A stretch of DNA of 64,000 nucleotides, from positions 1 through 64,000 of the forward strand of contig ADNK01002829.1 of assembly GCA_000320545.1 (NCBI GenBank). The letters are read 5' to 3'. The translations under genes and the position numbers were made by a program. Below the pieces are notes generated by a model that made no database searches, was not told where the DNA came from, and saw only the letters and a list, made by a program, of their open reading frames with translations. Every line of letters begins with the position of its first letter. The stretch's first letter is position 1. The stretch is from Bigelowiella natans CCMP2755. Lineage: Eukaryota > Protista > Cercozoa. Shown here one piece after another: positions 13,814 through 28,148 of this stretch.

Positions 13814-15211
13814 ATGCATCGCCTTCAACGTGTCCTTTCACATCTTGAATCCAACACGCAAGCGAAGTTGGCCAGCAATGCGTCCGAAGAAGAGGTTGTT
13901 ATTGTTTCTGCTCTTCGCACGCCCATTGGTAGAGCGAGAAAAGGTGGATTCCGCGACACCCACGTCGAGGACATGCTTGCACCTGTACTTGAAGCCGTGA
14001 TTAAGCAATCCAAGTTGTCTCCAAGTATGATCGGTGACGTTGTCGTCGGTTCTGTACTGGGTAAAAATGTGCAAAGGGCAAATGAAGCTCGCATTGCATG
14101 TTTCATGGCGGGCCTCCCTCACGAAGTTCCGGTACGTTCGAATTTTATGTCTACAACACACTTGATGCGCAACACACAATCAAAGTATGTCCTCTTTATA
14201 ATGAACCAAAAAATGATTTTTAGTGTATACTGATGTGAAATAAAAACAATATAACTCATATAAGACTCTTACGTGAATGGTAAGGTGCATGTTGTCAATC
14301 GACAATGTTCAAGTGGACTGCAAGCTATTGCACATGTTGCAGCGGCGATAAAATCCGGATATTATGATGCTGGCATTGGTGCTGGAGTTGAATCTATGTC
14401 CTCTGCTGTTATGGGTTGGCAGGGTAAGATAAACCCCAAAATCTTTATGGATCCAAAAACAAAGGCTTGCTTACTACCAATGGGTATCACTTCTGAGAAT
14501 GTTGCTAAGAAGTTTGGGGTCCAACGAAAGGAAATGGACCAGCTTTCGGCCCTATCTCATCAAAAGGCAGCGCGCGCAACCGAATCCGGACGCTTCCAAA
14601 ATGAAATTGTTCCTATCAAAACAACTGTGAAGGATCGAAAAACGGGGAAAGAGCTGAAAGTAACAGTGAGCGCAGACGAGGGTATTCGAAAAACCACAAC
14701 TCCTCAAGTGCTAGCACGTCTTCGTCCAGCTTTCGACAAGAAAGGATGTACTACCGCAGGAAACTCAAGTCAAGTCAGTGACGGAGCTGCAGCTGTTGTA
14801 TGCGTCAAAGGAAGCTTAGCAAAAGCGATGGGACTCAAGCCTCTTGGAATTTTCAAAGGATTTGCAGTTGCTGGTGTTCCTCCGGAGGTAATGGGAATTG
14901 GTCCCGTCCCTGCTATCCGAGCAGTCTTGAAACAGACAGGACTCTCAATCAAAGATATTGATCTCTTCGAGATCAATGAGGCTTTTGCCTCGCAAGCTTG
15001 CTACTGCGTCAAGGAACTCGGTATCGATATGGACAAGGTTAATGTGAATGGCGGTGCAATTGCAATAGGCCACCCACTAGGAATGACTGGAGCTAGAATG
15101 ACAGCTACTTTGCTCCATGAGATGAGAAGACGGGGTGCAAAATATGGAATTGTTTCGATGTGCATTGGATCAGGAATGGGAGCAGCAGCTGTTTACGAAT
15201 GTACATATTAA
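13814..15211 (+). CDS. ACAA1: Peroxisomal 3-ketoacyl-CoA thiolase; intron 14132-14284
   Basis: PTS2 signal RLQRVLSHL. Thiolase motifs VNRQCSSG (catalytic Cys), NEAFA, GGAIAIGHPLG and SMCIGSGMG. The GT-AG intron joins the two ORFs in frame. Confidence 0.95.
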
Positions 15212-15319
15212 GTTTATGGGTAAGTCATCATAGCATCAAGGATTTTTATAATTTTAGCTATTTACTCCTATTTGAGAGGCTTAGCGTTTTGAGCGATTAA
15301 TGTGTAGAGGGAGTTCGTT

Positions 15320-18300
15320 CAGTCAGCCTGCATGTATTGCAATTACACAACCACCAGCACTGCTCGGAACCATGCAGTAGCATGCATGTCTATCAAAGCC
15401 AAACATGATTCTGAAATTTCGCTATGATCCTACTCCATGCGCATGTGCTATGGGGCATGCTCATCAGCACAAACATGCAAATGTGTGTGTGCACAATGCA
15501 ACGCACGTGAGTGCGAACCTACTGTGGCTAGATAGCTACGTGTTTTTTGCATCACACTTGGCATCTAGCTGCATGCTAGCATGGTGTTGCTCGCTAAAAG
15601 TGACAGTGCATGTGCAAATTGAGAGAAAGGGAAGCGACAGTTGTCGCGCCTTCGGTTTGTGCATTCATCGCTTGCGTGGGAGTTGGCATGCTGTCAATGT
15701 CCTTGTTGATTGTCTGAACTTGCTTTGCCTGCATGGCAGCAGGCGCGGTGCGATGATGCGACGCGGCATTGAAACCATTCGCATGCAGAACGGCCGCAGC
15801 CGGGCTGTTGTCCTTGAACTCTTCGTCAAGGCAAGCTGCGTGCTTCGGAATGGGTGACGCTGATCGGTCAGCGTGCCGCGGTGGTGGATCTGAGGTGCTG
15901 CGCACGTGTGCAGAAGCCCGCGTGTCGCAGGGTTGAAGTTGAGACGCACACGCACTGTTGCATGCAACCGATTCGTTCTGCATCACGTGCAGCTGTCGAT
16001 TGTTGCAGCAATGTGCGCCCTCGCATGCAACCGATTCGTTCTGCATCGAGTGCAGCTGTCGATTGTTGCAGCATTGGGCGTGGTGCAATGTGGTCTCGTG
16101 TTGAGAACTGAAGTCGCATGAGTCGTTGAGTTGCATTGTTGTTTGGTCCTTGAGTTGCTTTGTCACTTGAACGTTTGAGTTCCAATGTCACTTGGTCGTT
16201 TGAGTTCTGATTGTGCTTGGTTGCTTGCTTGTGCAGTTGAGTTCTGATCTCAATGTGTCACTTGGACTTTTGAGTTCTGTCGAGATGTGTCTGAATTGTT
16301 GCAATTGCGACTTGAGTGAAAAGCTGTCAGCTTTTCACTTTTGTCATGTCGCAATGTCAGCTTTTCAATTTTGTCATGTCGCCACTTGCGAACTTTCTGA
16401 GAAACTTCTGCGCGGAGAGTTTTTCATTGTGCCGTGTCGTCCCACGTGGAGTGTCGTGCTGGTGCGTCCGACACGCACGTGCAGCTCCGTTGGCACGCCT
16501 TGTGTGTCTTGTCGCACTTGAGCGGACAGCTGCATCGTGGCGCCATGCATCGCAGCGCCACACAGTGTTGGAACGCTTTGCGTCCAGACCGCGATGCAAC
16601 GAAGCATGTGGTTCAGAGCAGCAGCAGCAGCGCCAGAGCGCAACTTGTTGGGCGTCGTCGTTTGCGAGCTGCGACAAGCAACCAGCACGAAGCGAATGAG
16701 CTGGCAAGAACGCAGTTGCGAAGTGCACGCACGAGTGGTGCGTGTGTGGCAGCACACGTGACTTCGGTGAACGACTGCGACAACAAGACAACACGTGCAG
16801 TTGCTGTTGACTGATGAGAGCTCACCCCCTCGCACACCCCACGCCCAATGCAACACAAACCCGTGCCGAATTGCTTGCAGAAAATTGCACGGAGGGCTTG
16901 AAAATTTGAAAACGGCGCAGAGTTGAGCACTGAACTCAAGCATTTTCGAAAAGTGCACACTCAGACCTTTCTTTTGACGTGCTGGAACCTCCACGAAAGG
17001 CGCTTCTTGCACGCGTCCCAGCGCTGCAAAAAAGCAAGTTGCCCCTGCTGTGCCTGCTCGCTGCGCAACAGGAGCGTTGCCTTCCCGCGTGAGTGCGTGT
17101 TTTTGATGAAAATTGTTTCAGAAGGGTTCTCTGAACGTGTGTGAAATCGTCGATTTTGACGCGGAATGTGAGCAATTTGGCGAAAACAAGATTGTTCCTT
17201 GTGGGAGGTCTTTCACATTCAGATGTTGCACTTGAACAATCCTGGAATCTCCCAAGTGCCCTGCACGCGTCGTTCAATTTTTCTTGGTTTTTCCGACAGC
17301 GAGCAAGTCTGTGCTGTGCATGCCAGCATGCGGCAATGCACGCTTGTTCCAGCGTGCGATCTCAGCTTGATTTTTCAAATTCGCGCAAGCGTTGAACTTG
17401 CTCAAAATGCATGTGTCAAGCGCGCGCGCACTCACAACGCATTGGATGGCATTTTTTTGCTTCTCGTGCTTCATTGATTGTCACAAAAGTGCACTAGCGC
17501 GCGGAAACGCGCGCAGCAACAACGCGCATTGCGCATTCTCGAAATCATCATTTTCACCCCTTGGCACGGCTTGCTAGACGAGTCATTTGTGCAGAGCGTG
17601 CCCTTGTCGAGCCCTCTGCATCTGAATCGTCCATTGATGCGTGCTGCGACACATCGTGTGCAAGTTGGGTTCAGGTGCAATCGCCTGCATGATGATCAGG
17701 ATGAGAACGCATCACCAACGTGTTGCATGTGCGGACAATCGTGTCGTCTTCAACTAGTCAACACAGATTTCAGACAGCCAACTGTCCCCATCGTCCCACC
17801 TCGCTGCAGGAGAGCTGTGCGTTCGCCTGCGCATGCATCGCGCACCGCCGCCCACTGTCCTACATCCTCCAATGCTCCAACGCACAGCACACGCACCGCG
17901 ACCTGCATGAGCACATGCACATGCGCCGCCATGCGCATCAGCTCATTTAGCGCTTTGCGTGCGTGACACGTGCGGTGCACAGACAGTGATGACAGTACCA
18001 AGAAGCACAGCGGGCGCTTTGGAATGTGTGATGCATGCATGTGGACTTGCTCGCTCGTTGCATTGCAATGCAAGTCATTGCTTGCATGTCTAGTGCGTTG
18101 TGTGTCGATCCTTCGATCTAGCCTACTCTAGTAGTGTCTAGACATGGCCATGCATGTCTACATGTGGCTGCAATGTTCAGCAGTAGCCATGTGGTCAATT
18201 GTGCGTACCAGTGTAGTGAAGCATGCCATGTCATGCGCATGCACTGCGCAGCGTGCATCATGACTCACTCATTGTAACAATGCCTGGACGACGGCGACAT

Positions 18301-18480
18301 GAGGCTTCATTGTGTCGAAGGCATCCAGTAGCAAACATTACGCACATGCGCGCGCATGCAATGACCACCGCCAACACTTGCTAGAACGACGAGATGTGCA
18401 CACAGTGTGTAAATCATGCATCAGTCTCAAATGTATGATAATGATGATGGCATCACATGGTGGATGACACATGAGTGCAT
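15320..18480. other. Large TpA-depleted block (no TA in core 15600-17490) with internal tandem duplications
   Basis: No TA found by eye in about 1.9 kb, with CTAG clusters at both margins. Internal repeats: a ~64-bp duplication at 15957-16075, short 'gagtt...gtcacttg' repeats at 16150-16280, and a ~30-bp duplication at 16325-16382. Confidence 0.85.
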
Positions 18481-18670
18481 CCACACACATAATGCTGACG
18501 CCAGAAAATCTTAAGATGCTCTCAACGTGTAAATCTTTATTTTTGTTGACATGATTTGCCATGAATCAACTAAGAATGCATATGTGAACTGACAGAAAAC
18601 GGACCGGCATTTAAATGTACCTGGTCTCAAACCCAGTCTGTGGCATGTAGCAAAACGTTGACAAGGACAT

Positions 18671-19141
18671 TTATTGGTATGATCCTCCGAAACGGCACTT
18701 GTCTACGACAGGAGAAAGCATCACTGAGTACGGATCTTCTGCTTTTTTCATACCAATATCATTTTTCTTCGGAGACAAGTCGATGAGTAGTCCAGATCTC
18801 TTTGTTTGAAGCGGCGTAGGAACGTGGGAGTAGAGGCTATCAGAGAAGGATATTATGGCTTTTCCTGAAAACTTAGGTACCTCTACTGATAGCAGCGGCA
18901 ACTCTCTCCACCCCTTTCTCCTACTTAGGAGGGGAGTGCCTTTTTTTCCCCTTCCAGAAGGTGTTCTAGGTAATGCCGATCTCGAGGTCACCTCAAAGCA
19001 TGGTGTGGCAATTGGTAACCGAGGAAAAGATTTGGAAGCCTTTCTTTCATGAAGAGACTCTACGTCCATGTTACATATTTCCTGTATTTGTTTGCTTTTT
19101 TGGAGACGTAATAGAATTCCTTGCTCCATACAGCAGATCAA
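18671..19141 (-). CDS. Hypothetical protein (no recognisable domain; true start uncertain)
   Basis: 156-codon ORF in DNA with normal TA content, head-to-head with the NRPS/PKS gene. Confidence 0.3.
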   Translation of the reverse strand: MICCMEQGILLRLQKSKQIQEICNMDVESLHERKASKSFPRLPIATPCFEVTSRSALPRTPSGRGKKGTPLLSRRKGWRELPLLSVEVPKFSGKAIISFSDSLYSHVPTPLQTKRSGLLIDLSPKKNDIGMKKAEDPYSVMLSPVVDKCRFGGSYQ

Positions 19142-19486
19142 AGCCTGGATGAAGGGGCTCCACTTGTGGAACTGACAACCTTCACGAGCATTCTGATGTT
19201 TAAAATCGTGAAGAGGTTTTGAGATGTCTGCTGCGTGCTGCGTGCTGCGTGGTGTAGAGGTCCGATCGGTTCCGAGAACGTTGGTGCTATTTTAAGCGAA
19301 AGGCCAGACATTTTTCAGTTGCAGAAAGCAAAACACTCCTGATATTTGTAAGGCAATTTGTTCTAGTGTTTATCCTTTGGTATCCATATTATTCTAATTT
19401 GGCCAGTAACATCAGTAATGTGGTCATGGTAGATAGCACACATAGCTGAACTGAAATATTTCGTCTGCTTAAATCCAGGAATAGGC

Positions 19487-19550
19487 AGGAAATCCTAGGA
19501 AATCCTAGGAAATCTAGGAAATCCTGAAATCCTGAAATCCTAGGAAATCC
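19487..19550 (+). repeat. Minisatellite (AGGAAATCCT)n, about 6 imperfect units
   Basis: aggaaatcct aggaaatcct aggaaatct aggaaatcct gaaatcct gaaatcct aggaaatcc. Confidence 0.85.
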
Positions 19551-19930
19551 GTTTTTTCTAGTTCAAACTCGACTTCCAGAAAAACGATGCTCGGCGTCAC
19601 AAACCACCTCGAGAAATTTCATGGAGATCACTGGTAGATCGAGTGTGAAAGTGTGGAGAATTTGCCAAAAACAAAAAGAAAATGGCTCTTCTGACAATCA
19701 TCGTACGACAAACAAGGCTCTGAAATGCACAGTGTAGATGCGACATGTTCTTTTGGTTGGTAACGTAGTCGACATCATCTGCCTGCCATGTCTCGGAGAG
19801 GATATCTCCTGCTTACCCGGCCCTCACTCCCCAGCGGGCTGTAGTATCTATCACCCCTTGGTAAAGTAACTGCACAGTGTTTTTGCAGCCTAAAGTGCCT
19901 GCATTGGAGGCTGATAATTCAGGGGCTAAA

Positions 19931-20431
19931 ATGGCTGAAGCGGATTCCAGAGGAGCAACTCAAAATCATGATGTAAGCGAATCATTTCGATCTTTTCCGC
20001 AGTTGTACGTTGATTTAAAAAAACAAATACAGGATGAAGAAAGCGTACACAAGGAGCAGCAACAGCATCATGTTTCGAATTGGTTTAGATGTCGCATTCC
20101 AGCTCCAAGTTCTAGATGTCACCTATTTTTATTTCCTTTCGCTGGGGGTGATGGAGATGGTTTGTTTGCAAGTTGGCTCAAAATTATCCCCTCCTCTGTG
20201 TTTGAGGTATAATATCTAACTCATTTATCGTCAAATATTCTTTGTCGTGCATTTCAATTTTCCCCGTGCCTTTTCCCCCCCTTTGCCGAACTTGGAGTTG
20301 CGGGTCGCAAACCCAATTAAATTGTCATCATCTTACTCATTTAACCTACTCCTTAAATTTACTCTTTTATTTTTTAACTTTTCCCCTTATTTTCTCATAA
20401 TGTTACGTCAACCCTTGCCTTTGGATTTGAT

Positions 20432-20472
<41 letters not shown>

Positions 20473-20683
20473 GTAGGTTCACACGCTAACACTGCCTGGT
20501 AGGGGGAGGCTAAGTGACGAAAAGCTGATCACCTCCATGCCAGAAATTGCAGGGAAATGTGCTGAAGAAATTCGACATATCATCCGAAAACACCCTTTAC
20601 CAATAGCATTCTTTGGTGCAAGTCTTGGTTGCTTAGTTGCGTATGAGACAGCCAGAATCCTGATGATGGATGAAGAAAAGGTC

Positions 20684-20715
<32 letters not shown>

Positions 20716-22185
20716 TGTAGCAGCTGGAAAACTGCTGCACCTTTTCGTTGCCGGTCATGTCGCCCCAAAAGAATTCTGCAAGGTTGCTGATCCTAAAATT
20801 TCCGTACTTCGGATCAAGATAATCAATGGAGAGATAATTTCCTCATTTCTCGTTTAGCGCAGTGATATATTGAGTTTGTTTGGCGTTTATGACTTTCACC
20901 ATCATCATCATCATCGTATCATATCCACCACCATTCCTCAGGAAAGAAGCACCATGGAAGCCTCTCAACGTATAAGTCGTCTCCCAGATAAGAAATTTAA
21001 AAGCGCACTACTCAAGTACAATCTTGTCGATGCTGCTCTTCTTGAAGGTATGGATGAAATCGATAAAGAGAGGGTGGAGAGAAAAAGGCACCGTCATCTA
21101 GCTTTAATATAACAAAGACCTCACTGATTTTCCTCTGCTCTGCCTCACTCATAATAATTTTTGTAGATGAAGAATTCTCCTCGATGTTTTTGCCGATAAT
21201 ACGTGCGGACCTTACGCTGGATGAATCTTACGAATTTGATGAAAATGTCAGTGGGTTTTAGTGTGGCGGTGGTGATGCTAGTAATTGCTTAAGAACAAAT
21301 TAACAACTACACCTCAATTTATGGTTTCCTGCTAATGTTGTAGCTGAGATGAGAGGCTTATGAAGTTCTCTATGTGAAAAGCAATAATTGAATCGTACAG
21401 GTGCATATACTACTGACTTTAGGTACTACTATCCCAAAAGCTTGGATGTCCTATAACTGCGTTCTCAGGAAGTCTAGATGTTGCTGCACTACCATCCAAA
21501 ATGAAACCATGGGGCCAACATTCTTGCACAGGTCATTGATTGTTTATCGATCGATGAAATTACTTCAATACTTATAGAAGATAGACAGTCGATAGGCAAT
21601 CAATCCATGAAAAATTTAGGAGAGAAGAACAACAGCCAATAACCGAGTTAATGCGGCGTGCACCATATAAATTGTCACACTAAGCCAAGATGATGATGGT
21701 TTTTAGTGTTATCATTTGTTTCCATAACACGTTCTCTCCTCCCCCCTCACCAACTACCAACCCCATAGGGCTACTTGATCATCATAAGATATATTCTAAC
21801 GTTGGACATGAGTTCCTATTGAAGGTACCAGTGATAAGCATATACATACTATAATAAAAGATTGTTCTGACTTTATGGTGATTTATTCGCCTGTCTCATT
21901 TTTCTTCCTCCAATGTATTGTTTTTCTTTTTTTCTTCTTCCTCCTCCTCCTTTTCCTTCTCTTCCTTCCCCTCCCAGTGTTATCGAGAGCTTGCTGAGGA
22001 AGTGTGCTGCACCTTGTTGTCGGGGCCTTTAATGGAGCCGTGGCACTCTCTGGTTATTCGACAATCTACTATCACACCTCGAGTTCCTGCAATCGTTCAT
22101 CATACAGGTAGGAGGTGTTGGTGGTGGTGGAGATGGTGACAGTGATGATGATGATGATGATGGTGGCTATAGTGATAGTCCACTT

Positions 22186-22221
<36 letters not shown>

Positions 22222-22579
22222 TAAATCGTCAGTAATAAACTAATCATCGTTCACTACTACTACTATTATGTTAAATCGTCAGTAATAAACTAATGGACGA
22301 AAAGGTTGATACTTATACATAGCTTTGTCTCCTCCTTCTCCTCCTCCTCATTTTTATTATTATTATTATTATTTATTATTGTTTTACTATTATTATTATA
22401 TTATGATTGATTCAGGCCCGGGGTCTAAACCAACCCTTACCCTTGGTGAGTTTGTTGCACAAGCACATCGACTGGCATCATTGTTATGGAAAAGGTAGTG
22501 GAGTAGTGTTGTATGTTAGATGATAGAAACGGCGATGGGAGATCTGCAGTTAGTATAATAATATGGTAATACCTGGAAA

Positions 22580-22631
<52 letters not shown>

Positions 22632-23039
22632 GAGAAAGATGACTAAATTGAATCAAATCCAGCAAAAAAAAGAATGTTAATCATTTCTATTAGCTTCTAC
22701 CACGCTTCCCCTTCTTCTCTTTCGAATTTACTACACTAACTCTCACTTTTGTGGTATTTCATTTATTCTCTCACATCACGCCCTTTCTCCTCTTCCTTAC
22801 ATTTTTATTCAACATGTACTATTTGTATGTGACTTGTAGTGTCTGTCTACTGGTGCTGTACTAGCTCTTTTCCTCATTTTTATTATTCTGGTACTTATTA
22901 CTCACATGATCGTCGGCTAATCATTCATCACCAATTAGAGGAGTGAGAGCACGCAGTAATGTTTTGATGGTCGCTCCGTCTTCGTTTCTGGGCATTCTTA
23001 CTATGTTGGCAGCAAATATATGCGGGTATAATAGTAGTC

Positions 23040-23071
<32 letters not shown>

Positions 23072-23542
23072 CGTAGTTGTAATAGTAGTTGTAATAGTGG
23101 TTGTAGTGTGGTAGCTGCGGCAGTTGCTAGCAAATAATACTACCGAGTATGAGTGGTGTAAGCAGATAGTATGATGATGTCGTTGTAGTAACGTATGCAT
23201 CATTCACTTTTGTTGTTTCCCCTTTCTTCTTCCTCTTTTCTTCTCCTCCGTCCTTGCTTCTAACAAACCTTCTATTGTATTCTCTCCCTCCTATTTCCTT
23301 CTAATGAACCTACAAACTGTCGCATTTTCAGGGCTCGTGCCATTCCATGCAATCCATCTGCTCTTGTTCTAGACATCAAAACACGTAATGCAGAAGGATA
23401 ATCATCATCATCACTCATACGAGAGCGAGAGGAAATTCGACTAAAATAATGGATGAGACGTCCCCACGTTGAGACAGAGCAAATGCATCCTCTTTCTCTT
23501 CCTTCTCCTCCTCCTCCTCCTCCTCCTCCTCCTCCTCCTCCA

Positions 23543-23579
<37 letters not shown>

Positions 23580-25996
23580 GTTATCTTTTCTGCTACTACT
23601 AGGAATTTCCGACTTGAAGCCTGCAGTGATAGTCGTATCGAGCACAATGGCGACAATGACGAATTGGGAAACAAAAAGTGTTCCATCAAATAATGGCAGC
23701 GAAAGCAGCAGTAACAGCAACACCAGCAACCGAACAGTGAAGGTACATCCTTTTGCTGCTCTCTGATTCTACATGCACATTTGTTGTAGCACTATCTATT
23801 TATCAAATAATGCATGCCAGCATGCCATATCCTAGATGCTATTATTATTACCGTGATAATCGTTGTCTATCTTCTTTGTTTCTTCTTCTTTGTTTCTTCT
23901 TCTTCTTCTTCCGTATTAGCGGCACCTGCTGCCTACATGGGCGGAGGAAGCTGCAAACTCCGGCATTGTTGTTCTTACCCAGACACAAGTAGAGAAGATC
24001 ATAGTTACTTTGGATGAAGAAGAAGAAGATGGTAGAGACGATGATCGTTTTGGAAGTTCCTTAAACCAAGTAAAGTATGAGAAAATAGAACTAGACGATG
24101 TAAGTTTCATCTCATACACAAGTGGGACAACAGGACTGCCAAAGGGAATGCCTCTCACCCACCGTAACGTAGCGAACAACACAAACTGGAGAATGTTTGC
24201 CCTACGCATGGACTATGGCGACGTATTTGCTCTTTCAATATTTTGGTGGTGGTACTGGTTTATTCCGTTACTGCAAGGAGCCTCAGTAACTCTTATCCCT
24301 CCTCATACTCTAGTGGATGTGGAATCACTTTGTAACTGTATCTCAATGAGGAAGATATCACAGCTTGACCTTACACCTTCTCTATTAGGGGAAATGTTGA
24401 AGGAACATGCTGGTAGCACTAACAATATCGACTTGATAAAAAAAAATGTCAAATGTGTGGTTTGCTACGGGGAGGCACTACCGCTGGATGTGTGCGAGCT
24501 ATTCCACATACATTTGCCAAGAGCAAGGCTGGTCAACTTATACTCAACAACAGAAAACAATGATCTCACGTATTGCGTAGTAGACGCGCCTCTTGTAGCA
24601 TTAGCGCGTAAATCCAAACTTGGAGTGAGGAATGCACCTATAGGCACTCGTTGTTGGAATGTAGATCTTCATCTTGTTCCCTTTGAAGAAGGGGGAGATA
24701 GAGAACAAGAGCAACAAGAAGAAACAGAACAACACGGTGCTAGTAGTAGTAGTAGTAATAGCAGTAGTCACAAGAAGGACAGCAATGACCCATTCTCTCC
24801 CAAAAAGACTAGTAATACTTCTACTAACATCAAGTACGAGTTGTTTGCAAGCGGTATTGCTCTCCCACCAAAGAGTGGTTATATCAACCGTGAGAATTCA
24901 AACAAGAAGGCATTCACGACACTAGCAAATGGGAAGAGAGTTTACCGATGTGGTGACCTTGTTACTATAATTACGTCGTCGTCGTCTTCTTCAGACATTA
25001 TTCCTGAAGATGACAATGATGATGAAGATGATAATGTCAGTACTAGAGTTAGGATGAGCAAGAATCATCATATGGTAGTTCTAGGTCGTGCAGATGAGGT
25101 TGTAAATGTGCGTGGGTACAGAGTTGGTATTCCAGAGGTAACAGACGCCCTGCGGAGAACTACCGGTGTTGAAGACGCCTTGGTGTTGTTTCATCGGCGA
25201 ACCAATACTTTAGCTGCATTTGTGGTATATAACAAAAGTAGCAGCAGCAGCAGCAGCAGCAGAAATAACAACGACGACGATGATGATACTGCAAATAATG
25301 ATAAAGGTGCTGATGATACTGGTCAAACTAGTCTAGTGAAAGAAGCAGCAGCAGCAGCAGCAGTATTACCGGCACAAACATCATCATCAGTAGTATCTGA
25401 AGCAGCCATCATCCGTACACTACGCAATGAGTTGAGACAATGCCTAGAGAGGCAGGCAATACCTTCGAAGATCCTGCTATTAACTCACTTTCCCACTAAT
25501 CACCGTGGAAAAGTTGACCGAAAACAATTGTTCAGATTCTTGGATCACAGCAGAACTAAGATCCCTGATGACTACAAACTAAAAGGAATAGCAGCATCAG
25601 CAGCATCAGCACCACCACCACCACCAACAACAACAACAATTGAGTCTTCTTCTTCCTCCCGTTCATATCTCGGTCCTCCTAACCAACAACCCTCAACGCT
25701 TTCTTCGTCCACTACAACCATGCGACACTGTATTTTACGAGTTAAAGAAGTATGGGCCAGTGTTCTAGAGCTTGATCAGGTGTCAGCAATCAATCTAAAA
25801 AACGATGATGATTTCTTTGAAGTTGGTGGTCATTCACTGCTGGTAATTAAACTTGCCAAGAGACTGGATCTAACAATGCCGCAGATCATGGCAGCACGTA
25901 CTGTAATTGAGCAAGCTAGAATATTGAATGAAAAGCAGAAAATGAAGATGAATAATCGTAATCATCATCATCGCAACATATGGGACAAAATGGTGG

Positions 25997-26029
<33 letters not shown>

Positions 26030-26469
26030 TATCATCCCCCTCCTCCCTCTCTCTGTCGTCTTTCTCACCTGCACTGCAGCATCAGCAGCAACCAATTGCT
26101 GTCATTGGGCTTTCTGGCCGATATCCTAATGCTGGCACTCCCTCAGAATTCTTTAAAAATCTTCAAAAGATTACTGATTGTTTCCAGGATCTGACTGCAG
26201 AGGAGATGATAAGAGCAGGAGTCTCAAAAGCAGGGATTCCAGGTTGGGTTGCAAGAGCTGCTTGTGTTCCTCCTCATCTTGTTGAGAACTTCGATCATAA
26301 ACACTTCAAAATGGGTCTTAACGAAAGCAAACTCACAGATCCAAATCAAAGAGTACTGTTAGAAGTTGCCTATGAGGCCATTGAAGATGCTGGATATGAC
26401 CCTTTCACTTTGGATGATGGGAGACGTGCGGAGGAAGATGAGGGGAAGAGAAGACGACTAAGAAAGGTT

Positions 26470-26500
<31 letters not shown>

Positions 26501-28111
26501 GAGGAGGAGGAGGAGGAGGAGGAGGAGTAGGAGGAGGAGGAGGAGGAGGAGGAGGAGGAGTAGGTGTTTTCATGGCAGGACCGTCTCTTCCTACATATCT
26601 GATCAACTGTGTCAAAAAGGATCTTTCACAGACAATGTTGTATCATCCGGGCGAGTATGTGCGGTTAGAGCTAGGAAATGATAAGGACTACATAGCACCT
26701 AGAATCTCTTTTTGCTTTGGATTTACGGGACCATCGAGAACTATACAATCTGCATGCAGTTCTTCCTTGGTATGTGTCGTTGAGGCTGTAGAAGCAATAC
26801 GAAGTGGTAAGTGCAGTATGGCGCTTGCAGGAGGAATATCTATCCAATGTCCTCAAAAAACAGGTTATCTTTATCAAGATGGCATGGTTTTGTCTCCTGA
26901 TGGGCGTGTGCGTCCTTTTGATGCAAAGGCGAGAGGAACAATATTCACAAACGGAGCTTCCGTCGTGCTCCTTAAGCCATTAGCACAAGCTATTGCAGAC
27001 CGAGATCATATATATGGCGTCATTCGTGGTGTTGCTGACAATAACGATGGTAATCGTGAAAAACGTTTCTTTGCTGCCCCCTCGGCCAAAGGGCAGAGTG
27101 AAGTGGTGACAGCAGCGCTTAAAAATGCATGTTTAAGGCCTTCAAATATCTCATACCTCGAAGCTCATGGTACTGGTACACTTGTTGGGGATCCAATAGA
27201 ATTTGAAGGGCTATGTAGAGTCTTTAGTCCGGATGCAACTGCTGCTCCACGATCAAAGCAATGGTGTGCTCTTGGTTCTGTTAAAGGACATATTGGACAT
27301 CCTAACACTGCAGCTGGGGTTTGCGCTCTTACTAAGGTACTGCTCATGCTCAAGCACAAAACATTGCTACCTTTGGCAAACTACAGTATGGCAAATCCTG
27401 GCATAGACTTTGCGTCCTCTCCTTTCTATCCATGCCTCAAAGCTACTCGATGGCCCGAGAGAGTCGATGGATCTCCTCGCTACGCGGGAATATCAGCATT
27501 TGGAATGGGAGGCACAAATGCGCATATAGTGCTTGAAGAATACGCCGAACACGACGACGATGTTGACTTACACACATGCCGAAAGCATGATCTGATAATT
27601 CTTTCTGGTCGCACCCCATTTTCTTTAGCATATAATGCAAAAAGGCTGGCCGATTTCTTTCTCCAGAAGCTAAAGCAGAAGGACCGAGATCATCCAATAT
27701 CATCATCTTCTTCTTCTTCTTCTTCTTCTTCTCCTCATCCTCCTCAATTTCTTCTTTCAAACGCCAGCTTCACGTTAGCATGTGGGCGCCATCATTTCCC
27801 TCAGTATCGATGGTACTGTGTCGCGGCCACCGTATCAGAAGCTAGAGAAAAGCTCACGAAATTCTTTTCAAAGAAAGAGAAAGAGCTACAAGAGAAAAAG
27901 AAAAGCAAAGTTAATAAGCACAGTAACGGCAATAAATACGACGACGACGATAGTAGTAATTTCGATGTGATTTGGATGTTTTCTGGACAAGGGTCGCAGT
28001 ATAAAGGTATGGGGTTAGGTCTGTACAGAGCATTTCCCATCTATCGTCGTGCTATTGACCGTTGCTCTCAGATACTAGGCTACCCAGTTTTGCTGCCTGC
28101 TGATCATACCG

Positions 28112-28148
<37 letters not shown>

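Noticed and set aside
13814-15211. Thiolase as part of a biosynthetic cluster with the PKS
   Set aside because: It is an ordinary PTS2-bearing peroxisomal beta-oxidation enzyme, and proximity alone is not evidence.
15405-18073. Dense overlapping 60-210-aa ORFs in all six frames (also 9268-10440, 32195-33944, 37402-38032, 57225-59098)
   Set aside because: A by-product of TpA loss, which removes TAA/TAG stops. The products are Tyr-free, Cys/His-rich and have no recognisable domains.
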